Assembly: GCA_029781045.1 (NCBI GenBank)
Contig: JAKOXL010000024.1
Coordinates: forward strand, 23,210-87,209
Source of the DNA: Bacillota bacterium
GTDB taxonomy: Bacteria > Bacillota > UBA994 > UBA5500
Direction of reading: 5' to 3'
Length of the DNA stretch: 64,000 nt
Positions within the stretch are counted from its first letter, which is position 1. Each line of letters begins with the position of its first letter. The notes beneath the pieces were generated by a model, which did no database searches, had not been told where the DNA came from, and saw only the letters and a list, made by a program, of their open reading frames with translations. A program made the translations under genes and the position numbers. Positions 56,181 to 64,000 of this stretch are shown here, in pieces.

Positions 56181-58815
56181 GACCTATGTCTACTCATTCG
56201 CCGAAGGAGCTACGAAAGATAAGATGCTGCTGGGAGGCAAAGGAGCTAATTTAGCGGTGATGACCAGTATCGGGCTTCCAGTTCCCCCTGGCCTTACGAT
56301 AACTACCGAAGCCTGCAGTGAATATCTGACAAGTGGAGGCCAGTTGCCTCCCGGCTTAGAGGACCAGTTACGGGAGAAGTTGCGGTGGCTGGAGAAAGAG
56401 ACTGGCAAAGCCTTTGGTGACGAGAGCAACCCTCTGTTGGTTTCTGTACGTTCAGGAGCACCCATTTCCATGCCGGGTATGATGGACACCATCCTGAACT
56501 TGGGGCTCAATGATCGTACGGTAGAAGGTCTAGCGAATGCCACTGGTGACGAGAGGTTCGCCTTTGACTGCTACCGGCGCTTCATTCAGATGTACGGTGA
56601 AGTGGTGTTGGGAGTTGAGCAATTTGAATTTGAAGGTATTCTGGCTGAGCTAAAGCACCAGCGGCAGGTGCAGTTTGACTATGAGCTGTCGCCCGCAGAT
56701 TTGCGTCAGCTGGTGGTGGACTATAAACAGGTGGTGGCTCGGAAAGGGAAAGTTTTCCCGCAAGATCCCTTGGAGCAGTTGTTGATGGCGGTGCGGGCTG
56801 TGTTTGGTTCCTGGAACAATCACCGAGCCATCGTCTATCGTAAGTTGAACAACATACCTGATCATTTAGGTACGGCCGTAAACGTGCAGGCCATGGTTTT
56901 TGGTAATATGGGTGACGATAGCGGAACGGGTGTGGCCTTTACCCGCAACCCGGCCACGGGTGAGAAGAAGATCTATGGTGAGTACTTGATAAACGCCCAA
57001 GGTGAAGATGTGGTTGCCGGTATTCGCACTCCCCAGCCCATAGCCAGCCTAGCCCAAGATATGCCGGAGATCTATGAACAGTTTACCCGCATTTGTGAGC
57101 TGCTCGAGCGACACTATCGCGATATGCAAGACATTGAGTTTACCGTGGAAAAGGGCAAGCTCTATATCCTGCAAACCAGATCGGGTAAGCGTACCGCCGC
57201 TGCTGCCATCCGTATTGCGGTGGAAATGGTGCAGGAGGGAATGTTGACCAAAGAAGAAGCCCTGCTACGCATTCAACCATCCCAGTTGGATCAGTTGCTA
57301 CATAGACGTATTGACCCCTCTGCCAACTTAGATGTGTTAGCCAAGGGACTGCCGGCTTCACCGGGAGCCGCCTGTGGACGTATCGTCTTTAGTGCAGATG
57401 AGGCTGACGCCTTAGCCCAGAAGGGAGAAAAGGTGCTGCTTGTACGCACAGAGACCACGCCCGATGACATCCACGGCATGATCGCTGCCCAAGGAATTCT
57501 CACTTCCCGCGGCGGTATGACCAGCCACGCGGCTGTGGTGGCCCGCGGTATGGGTAAGCCCTGTGTCTGCGGCTGCGAGGCTTTGCGCATTGACTATGAT
57601 GCCCAGCAGTTACTGGTTAATGGCCGTGTTTTTAGGCGCGGCGACATCTTATCCATCGATGGCACTACTGGTCGCGTGATTGCCGGCGAAATCAAGATGA
57701 TTGAGCCGGAGCTCAGTGAGGAGTTCAATACGCTGCTGCAGTGGGCCGACGAGGTGCCCGGCTTGGGCGTGCGCGCCAACGCCGACAATCCGGTTGATGC
57801 CAAGAAAGCTCTGGATTTTGGGGCCAAAGGTATCGGTCTCGTCCGTACAGAGCACATGTTCATGGCTACCGATCGGCTGCCCCTTGCCCAGCGGATGATT
57901 TTGGCCATGGACAAGGAAGAACGGGCTGCAGCCTTGGAAGCATTGCAGACGCTGCAAGAGAATGACTTCTATGAGATCCTCAAGGTCATGTCGGGCTATC
58001 CCGTCTGCATTCGTCTGTTGGATCCGCCATTGCATGAGTTCCTGCCGGCAGCAGAACAGCTGTTGGTAGATATAACCACGCTCAGGCTCACGGGCGGCAA
58101 CGTGGAAGAGTTGGCCCGTAAAGAAGCTCTCTTAAGCAAGGTGCGTAGCCTTTCCGAGTTTAACCCCATGTTGGGACATCGCGGTTGCCGTTTAGGAGTG
58201 ACTTTTCCCGAGATCTATCGTATGCAGGCCAAGGCCATCTTCAATGCCATGGCTCGCCTCTTGCAGGAAGGATATGAGCCCCATGTGGAGGTGGAAATAC
58301 CTCTAGTGGGTAACATTAAGGAGCTGACCATCCTGAAAGAAGAGGTCAACCGCATCGCTGCTGAGGTGCAGGCAGAAAGTCGTTTGACTCTCAACTACCA
58401 TGTGGGTGCAATGATTGAGCTACCGCGGGCGTGCCTCATCGCCGACCAAATTGCGGCCGAGTCGGGCTTTTTCACCTTTGGTACCAACGACCTGACTCAA
58501 ACCACCTTTGGTTTCAGCCGCGACGACGCAGAGGGCAAGTTCCTGCCCCAGTATCTGGAGGCTGGCATTCTGACTGAGAATCCCTTTGCTGTCATCGACC
58601 GTGAGGGTGTGGGTGAGTTGATGCGCATAGCGGTGGAAAGGGGCCGCAAAGCCAAACCCCGCATTTCTATCGGCATCTGCGGCGAGCATGGCGGCAATCC
58701 CGATTCCATCGAGTTCTGCTACCAAATCGGTCTTGACTACGTCAGCTGCTCCCCCTACCGTGTGCCCATCGCCCGCCTAGCCGCAGCCCAGGCGGCCATC
58801 AAAAGAGCAACATAA
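56170..58815 (+). CDS. ppdK: Pyruvate, phosphate dikinase
   Basis: 881 aa. ATP-grasp N-terminus, the phospho-His domain (GGMTSHAAVVARGMGKPCV) and a PEP-utilising C-terminus (ICGEHGGNP). Confidence 0.9.
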   Translation: MPSRTYVYSFAEGATKDKMLLGGKGANLAVMTSIGLPVPPGLTITTEACSEYLTSGGQLPPGLEDQLREKLRWLEKETGKAFGDESNPLLVSVRSGAPISMPGMMDTILNLGLNDRTVEGLANATGDERFAFDCYRRFIQMYGEVVLGVEQFEFEGILAELKHQRQVQFDYELSPADLRQLVVDYKQVVARKGKVFPQDPLEQLLMAVRAVFGSWNNHRAIVYRKLNNIPDHLGTAVNVQAMVFGNMGDDSGTGVAFTRNPATGEKKIYGEYLINAQGEDVVAGIRTPQPIASLAQDMPEIYEQFTRICELLERHYRDMQDIEFTVEKGKLYILQTRSGKRTAAAAIRIAVEMVQEGMLTKEEALLRIQPSQLDQLLHRRIDPSANLDVLAKGLPASPGAACGRIVFSADEADALAQKGEKVLLVRTETTPDDIHGMIAAQGILTSRGGMTSHAAVVARGMGKPCVCGCEALRIDYDAQQLLVNGRVFRRGDILSIDGTTGRVIAGEIKMIEPELSEEFNTLLQWADEVPGLGVRANADNPVDAKKALDFGAKGIGLVRTEHMFMATDRLPLAQRMILAMDKEERAAALEALQTLQENDFYEILKVMSGYPVCIRLLDPPLHEFLPAAEQLLVDITTLRLTGGNVEELARKEALLSKVRSLSEFNPMLGHRGCRLGVTFPEIYRMQAKAIFNAMARLLQEGYEPHVEVEIPLVGNIKELTILKEEVNRIAAEVQAESRLTLNYHVGAMIELPRACLIADQIAAESGFFTFGTNDLTQTTFGFSRDDAEGKFLPQYLEAGILTENPFAVIDREGVGELMRIAVERGRKAKPRISIGICGEHGGNPDSIEFCYQIGLDYVSCSPYRVPIARLAAAQAAIKRAT

Positions 58816-58838
58816 GCCGATAACTAGGAATGAACAAA

Positions 58839-58885
58839 GGAGTGTCGCGCCACGTCTTAGCGTCTCGCGACACTCCCGTTTTATG
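58839..58885. terminator. Bidirectional terminator between ppdK and rqcH
   Basis: GGAGTGTCGCG...CGCGACACTCC 11-bp stem followed by CGTTTTATG. Confidence 0.65.
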
Positions 58886-60596
58886 TCGGTTCATACTTCT
58901 TCGGCTCCACCAACACTGTTTTCTGCTCCGTGTAGATCACAAAGCCTGGCGGGGAACCGCTGGGCTTTTTCACATGTCTGCGGCGGGTATAGTCGACGGG
59001 CACTTTGCTGCCCTGACTGGCTTGGCTGTAATAGGCCGCCAGTTGGGCCGCCATTTCCAGGGTTGGAGCATCAGGTTCTTCGCTGCCCTTGATCAACACA
59101 TGGGAGCCGGGAATGTTTTTCGTGTGCAGCCACCAGTCATCGGGGTGGGCGGAGCGCAGTAGGCTCTCATTTTGCAGGTTGCTACGGCCCACTAGAATTT
59201 CGCGCCCACTGGGAGAACGGAAACGTAAAGGTGAGCTAGGTTGTTGCTTCTCCTTCTTCTTACCCTGCACTTCCTGCCGCAGCAGGCCACTCTGCTGCAT
59301 CTCCGCTTCCATTTCTAATATCAGTTCCAGAGAATCAGCTCTCTGCAGCAAGTCTTGCAATGACTGCAGGTACTGGATGGTCTGTTTAGTATTAGCGATG
59401 TTTTTCTCTACTATGGGAATACCCTTACGGGCCCGTTCGTACCGTTTGAAATAGCGCTGGGCATTTTGGGTGGCGTCGAGGCTGGGGTCTAGCTCGATGG
59501 TGACGGTTGTTAGGTCTGCGTCGTAGTAGTTAACCACCTGGGCGGTTTTGGCCTTGGGCTTAATCAGGTGCTTGTTGGCCAAGATGAGCTCACCGCGAAG
59601 TCGCAAGTCCAAGTCCTGCTTCATGGCGTTCAGTTCCTGTTCCTGATTGGCCAGCTTCCGTTCCTCTCTTTGCAGGTGTTGCTTAACCGCACTGTCTAAA
59701 CGGCGCCTGGCTTGCAGCAGAGCCGCCTCCTGAGAACTCTCCTGCGCCATGTGATCCACCAGCTGGTTAACACTGTCGGGCCAAGGTGTGGCGTTTAAGT
59801 GGGTTAACATTAGGGCTCCGCATTTTCCCTCAATCGCCGAGGGAGCAAACTGCCCCAGTTGCACCATAGACTGTAGATCAGCTATTTCGCGCCACAACTG
59901 TTCCCAGTCTTGAGGTGTCAGGTCAAGTGCTGATGAATCAAGTGGTATGTGGGCCCTGCTTAACAGCTCCGTGGCCAGCAAGGGGCTGATCCCTGTCAGA
60001 TGACGCACCAGGGCCTGGCTAAGGCAACTATCGCTGGACCCTAGTGCACTTTGCAGACTCTGGACATTGGTTATGCTCAGTGTGTCCATGCGCTGCTGGT
60101 GGGTCGGGTACTCATAGCTGATGCCCGGCAGCATGATGCGTACACTGCTCATGGCCGGAGGCACTCGCACTATGGCATCGATAACTTTATCATTGGGGCC
60201 GACTAAGACGATATTGCTATGGCGCCCCATGATCTCAGCTATCAGACGATAGATAACCCGGTTTCCCAGATCGTCCTTGCCACTGAAGTAGAAGGTCAGC
60301 ACCCGTTCTAGACCCAGCTGTTCCACTTGTAGCAGTTTTGCTCCCTCCAGGTGTTTGCGCAGTAGCATGCAGAACATAGGGGGAGTAGGGGGATTATCTT
60401 GTCTGTATGCGGTTAGATGCACCCGCGGCGAATGGGGACCAGCAGAGATCACCAAGCGTCCCTTTCCCAGTTGTCCATGGTGTAAGAGGAGATTAAGGGT
60501 GGCAGTCTCCGGCTGAAATACCCGTTCCACACGGGCATCACACCAGGCTTTAAGCTCAGAGGTTATGGCTGCCATTATTAAGCCGTCGTAGGTCAT
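58881..60596 (-). CDS. rqcH: Ribosome quality control protein RqcH (NFACT family; YloA / FbpA-like)
   Basis: MTYDGLIMAAITSEL... NFACT-N domain, central coiled-coil, NFACT-R C-terminus. Adjacent to the yloB/yloC homologs, as in B. subtilis. Confidence 0.8.
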   Translation of the reverse strand: MTYDGLIMAAITSELKAWCDARVERVFQPETATLNLLLHHGQLGKGRLVISAGPHSPRVHLTAYRQDNPPTPPMFCMLLRKHLEGAKLLQVEQLGLERVLTFYFSGKDDLGNRVIYRLIAEIMGRHSNIVLVGPNDKVIDAIVRVPPAMSSVRIMLPGISYEYPTHQQRMDTLSITNVQSLQSALGSSDSCLSQALVRHLTGISPLLATELLSRAHIPLDSSALDLTPQDWEQLWREIADLQSMVQLGQFAPSAIEGKCGALMLTHLNATPWPDSVNQLVDHMAQESSQEAALLQARRRLDSAVKQHLQREERKLANQEQELNAMKQDLDLRLRGELILANKHLIKPKAKTAQVVNYYDADLTTVTIELDPSLDATQNAQRYFKRYERARKGIPIVEKNIANTKQTIQYLQSLQDLLQRADSLELILEMEAEMQQSGLLRQEVQGKKKEKQQPSSPLRFRSPSGREILVGRSNLQNESLLRSAHPDDWWLHTKNIPGSHVLIKGSEEPDAPTLEMAAQLAAYYSQASQGSKVPVDYTRRRHVKKPSGSPPGFVIYTEQKTVLVEPKKYEPT

Positions 60597-60741
60597 TGCT
60601 ATCCCCCCTTGGTAGCCTGAACTCGTGATTAAGTATACCGCGGTGGGGGCGGGGGGGTCAATTGAAGTCCCCTGATGCGCCGGTCAGGTATGTTGTCCAC
60701 TCCCCTCGCATATTCTGTTTTGAGGTTAGTTGGAGAGGTGA

Positions 60742-63444
60742 GTGAAGTTGCTATGGCATAGTACCGATTGGGTAGAATGTATGGCACTATTGGAGAGCAG
60801 CGAGCAGGGGCTAAGCACCAAGTTAGCAGAACAGCGCAGGCAGCGCTTTGGGCCCAACCGGTTGCAGCAAACACCGCCTCCGTCGGCTTGGCAGTTGTTC
60901 TTGGGACAGTTCAAAGACTTCATGACTTTGGTACTCTTGGTGGCTACGCTCATTTCCGGGCTCTTGGGCGAGTATGCTGACGCTTTGAGCATCATCGCCA
61001 TCGTTCTCCTCAACGCCTTATTGGGTTTTGTTCAGGAGTATCGAGCGGAAAAAGCCATAGCAGCCTTGGCCAAGCTCAACTCACCCCAAGTAGATATTCG
61101 TCGTGACGGCCGGGATCTGACGGTGGACGTGGAGGAGTTGGTACCTGGCGATTATGTCTTTATACATCCGGGGATGCGCGTGCCGGCAGATCTTCGACTT
61201 GTCCATGCAGTTGCCCTTGAAGTGGATGAGGCGCCATTGACTGGTGAATCTTTGCCGGTGCGCAAATCCGTGGAGCCCGTACCTGCTGATACTCCCCTGC
61301 ATGAGCGGGCTTGCATGCTCTATTCGGGTACTTTGGTAACTCGCGGTCATGGCAGCGGACTGGTGGTGGCTACAGGTATGGAGACAGAAGTGGGGCGCAT
61401 TGCCCAGATGTTGCAAGGGGTAGGGCGCGAACCCACTCCTCTGCAAGCTCGCCTGGAGCAGCTGGGTCAATACATAGTCTGGGGATGCTTACTAATCTGT
61501 GCCGCTGTGGTATTGATGGGGCTTTACCGGGGAGAAAACCCAACCACCATGTTCCTTGCCGGTGTTAGCTTGGCGGTAGCTGCCATTCCTGAGGGCTTAC
61601 CGGCCATTGTTACCATTGCTCTGGCTATTGGGGTGCAACGCATGCTCCGGGCCCAGGCCATTGTGCGCAAACTGCCGGCGGTGGAAACTCTAGGGTGTGC
61701 CAGTGTAATTTGCTCAGACAAAACCGGCACCCTAACCAAGAATGAGATGACGGTACGACGCATCTGGTTGGCTAGTGGTGGCATCGAGGTGAGTGGTGAA
61801 GGATATGCTCCCGAAGGCCAGTTGTCACGGGCGGGAAGGCCACTGGCTCTGCAGCAGGCTACTGATCTCAAACAGCTACTGACCATTGTGGCTTTATGCA
61901 ATAATGCGGCCATTGTTGCTGTAAAGGAAGGAAATGGTCGTTTTGGTCTGAGGCGCCGTACCGCCTACCAAATCAAAGGCGACCCCACTGAAGCTGCCTT
62001 GCTGTCTGTGGCCAGTAAAGCTGGGCTTACACGGGAAAAGCTGTTGTCTGAGTACGAGATGCTAGATGAAATACCCTTTGATTCGGAACGCAAGCGTATG
62101 AGCGTGCTGGTGGCCGACAAGCGGGGGAACAGATGGCTGTATAGCAAGGGTGCCCCCGACGTGCTATTGGCCCGGTGTACCCACTATCTAGAGGGCAAGA
62201 CCGTCAAGCCCCTAAGACCAGAGCAAGTTGAGCTAGTGCAAGCGGTAATGGCTGAAATGGGCGATGCGGCACTAAGGGTGCTGGCAGCGGCCTATCGACC
62301 GGTCGAGCATGTGCCAAGCCAGATTGAGACCTTAGAAGGCCACTTAGTATTCGTCGGCCTGCTGGGACTTATTGATCCGCCGCGTCCCGAGGTCAAAGAA
62401 GCCCTTAAGGTGTGTCGACGAGCCGGGATACGCACAGTGATGATCACTGGCGACCATGCCCGTACCGCTAGGGCTATCGGGGTGGAGTTGGGGCTGATCG
62501 GTACTCATGATGCGGTGTACTCGGGAGTGGATTTGGATCGACTACAAGGTGCCGAGCTGGAGCGTGCAATTAACCAAGGGCGTATTTTTGCCCGCGTTTC
62601 GCCCCATCACAAGTTGAAAATTGTGCAGACCCTAAAGCGGGCTGGCCAAGTGGTGGCCATGACCGGTGATGGTATTAACGACGCACCAGCCCTTATGGAG
62701 GCTGACATTGGGGTGGCCATGGGGCGGACTGGAACCGACGTGGCCAAAGAGGCCGCCGACCTGGTTCTCCGCGATGACAACTTTGCTACCATTGTAGCCG
62801 CAGTTCGGGAGGGCCGAGGTATATACGACAACATACGCAAGTTTATTCGTTATCTTCTCTCTTGCAATGTGGGCGAGCTTCTGACCGTGTTCCTGACCAT
62901 GTTGCTGCGCCTGCCCCTGCCGCTCAGGCCTCTGCAAATACTATGGGTTAATCTCGTGACCGACGGTTTGCCGGCGATGGCTCTAGGTGTAGATCCGCCC
63001 GATCCGGATTTGATGGAGCGTAGCCCGCGGTCTAAGAATGAAAATATCTTTGCCCGCGGTCTGGCGCGGCGCATATTGACCAGGGGAGTCCTAATAGGCA
63101 TTACCACGACTCTCGTATTTGCAGGAACCATGCTTCACGCTGACGATCTAAAACTGGCACGTACCATGGCTTTTGCCACCCTCGTATTCTGTCAGCTGTT
63201 CCACGTGTTTGATTGCCGTTCCGAGACCATGGGCATAATGGAAAAGGGTCTCTTCTCTAACCCCTATCTTATCGTAGCCGTGCTTCTTTCCAGTCTGATG
63301 TTCTGGGCTGCCCTGTATGTGCCTCCTTTACGTACCCTGTTCGATACGGTGGCTTTGGATACTTCCCAATGGCTAGTAGTTCTGGCCGCCGCTGGTATGC
63401 CTACGGTAGTGATTGGCCTGCGCCGGCTCTTACGGCGCCGATAG
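60742..63444 (+). CDS. yloB: Calcium-transporting P-type ATPase (SERCA-like, YloB/PacL family); start could be GTG at 60742 or TTG at 60748
   Basis: CSDKTGTLT phosphorylation motif, TGDHARTA, VAMTGDGINDAPAL, and a TM4 PEGLP motif. Confidence 0.9.
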   Translation: MKLLWHSTDWVECMALLESSEQGLSTKLAEQRRQRFGPNRLQQTPPPSAWQLFLGQFKDFMTLVLLVATLISGLLGEYADALSIIAIVLLNALLGFVQEYRAEKAIAALAKLNSPQVDIRRDGRDLTVDVEELVPGDYVFIHPGMRVPADLRLVHAVALEVDEAPLTGESLPVRKSVEPVPADTPLHERACMLYSGTLVTRGHGSGLVVATGMETEVGRIAQMLQGVGREPTPLQARLEQLGQYIVWGCLLICAAVVLMGLYRGENPTTMFLAGVSLAVAAIPEGLPAIVTIALAIGVQRMLRAQAIVRKLPAVETLGCASVICSDKTGTLTKNEMTVRRIWLASGGIEVSGEGYAPEGQLSRAGRPLALQQATDLKQLLTIVALCNNAAIVAVKEGNGRFGLRRRTAYQIKGDPTEAALLSVASKAGLTREKLLSEYEMLDEIPFDSERKRMSVLVADKRGNRWLYSKGAPDVLLARCTHYLEGKTVKPLRPEQVELVQAVMAEMGDAALRVLAAAYRPVEHVPSQIETLEGHLVFVGLLGLIDPPRPEVKEALKVCRRAGIRTVMITGDHARTARAIGVELGLIGTHDAVYSGVDLDRLQGAELERAINQGRIFARVSPHHKLKIVQTLKRAGQVVAMTGDGINDAPALMEADIGVAMGRTGTDVAKEAADLVLRDDNFATIVAAVREGRGIYDNIRKFIRYLLSCNVGELLTVFLTMLLRLPLPLRPLQILWVNLVTDGLPAMALGVDPPDPDLMERSPRSKNENIFARGLARRILTRGVLIGITTTLVFAGTMLHADDLKLARTMAFATLVFCQLFHVFDCRSETMGIMEKGLFSNPYLIVAVLLSSLMFWAALYVPPLRTLFDTVALDTSQWLVVLAAAGMPTVVIGLRRLLRRR

Positions 63445-63600
63445 TCGCACCTTGGCTACGCAAGCAGGAATTAGAGTCGGCTAAGCAGAAAACAATAAGG
63501 GCGCGGTTGCGTCCTTTTTCTTTGCTCTAAGTTGGTGGAGCCGGCGTTGTTCCAGCTAGTGATGTTTAGTACAATATACAAAAGGGAGGATTAGGGATAA

Positions 63601-64000
63601 TGGCTTTAAGTATGACCGGTTTTGGCCGCGGAGAGGTGACTACAGAGATTGGCACCATCGTTGTCGAGGTAAAGACAGTCAACCACCGCTATTTGGATAT
63701 TGCCATCCGTGCTCCCAAGGAGTTTAATTCTTTGGAAGAGGGCTTGCGGGGTGTTATCCGACAGGCTTTGGCTAGAGGCCGAGTCGATGTTTATGTCCGC
63801 TTCACGCCGTCTTTGGATCAGGTGCCAACAGTGACAGTAAATGTGCCTCTGGCGAAAGCCTATATGGCCCAGGTAAAGGCCTTGCAGGAGGAAACCGGGC
63901 TGGATGGTTCCCTGTCTCCCCGTGATTTGTTGACGCTGCCGCAGGTGGTGCAGTTGGACGAGCCCGAGTTGGATCCCGAACTGCTACGTTCACCTTTGCT
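63601..64000 (+). CDS. yloC: YicC/YloC-family protein, N-terminal part (continues beyond the window)
   Basis: MALSMTGFGRGEVTTEIGTIVVEVKTVNHRYLDIAIRAPKEF matches the YicC N-terminal domain. Synteny yloA-yloB-yloC. Confidence 0.7.

Noticed and set aside
60625-60665. G-rich tract (GCGGTGGGGGCGGGGGGGTC) between rqcH and the Ca-ATPase gene
   Set aside because: Could in principle form a G-quadruplex in the divergent promoter region, but a single short G-run pair in a GC-rich genome is not compelling.

Overview
This 64-kb window looks like a chromosomal segment from a spore-forming Firmicute, Clostridia-like, with roughly 55% GC and GGAGG-type ribosome-binding sites. The left ~12 kb is a spore-coat locus. 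It carries cotE, a tandem array of five ATP-dependent ligase genes (four YheC/YheD-family ATP-grasp paralogs plus one fusion of a truncated ATP-grasp module with a glutamine-synthetase-like amidoligase domain), a small GNAT gene, a CotS-family pseudokinase-like coat gene and a divergent SASP-like gene. I read this as a candidate spore-coat peptide ligation/modification system and consider it the most unusual feature here. Further right are a split class-I fumarate hydratase (alpha and beta subunits), a reduced dcw cell-division cluster (mraZ to ftsZ, lacking murD/murC/murB/ddl), and a contiguous sigma-E activation locus (spoIIGA, sigE, sigG, spoIIR). After that come ylmC, nrdR and an unusual ATP-cone protein, then ylmE, sepF, ylmG, divIVA, lspA, rluD, a PyrR-attenuated pyr operon (pyrR, pyrP, pyrC, pyrK, pyrD), a T-box-controlled proBAC operon and a convergent rocA. 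The second strong candidate is a TlpA/ResA-like lipoprotein thiol-disulfide oxidoreductase with an in-frame UGA exactly at the first Cys of its CxxC motif and a downstream hairpin, i.e. a likely UxxC selenoprotein. It sits beside a small CxxC membrane ORF and a NapH/MauN-like polyferredoxin. The right end holds the PPDK regulatory protein, ppdK, rqcH (yloA), a Ca2+ P-type ATPase (yloB) and the start of yloC. I found no rRNA, tRNA, CRISPR array or mobile element. The leftmost MFS transporter gene carries an apparent frameshift inside a short homopolymer tract. Gene starts were re-derived from RBS spacing where the supplied ORF was clearly too long.
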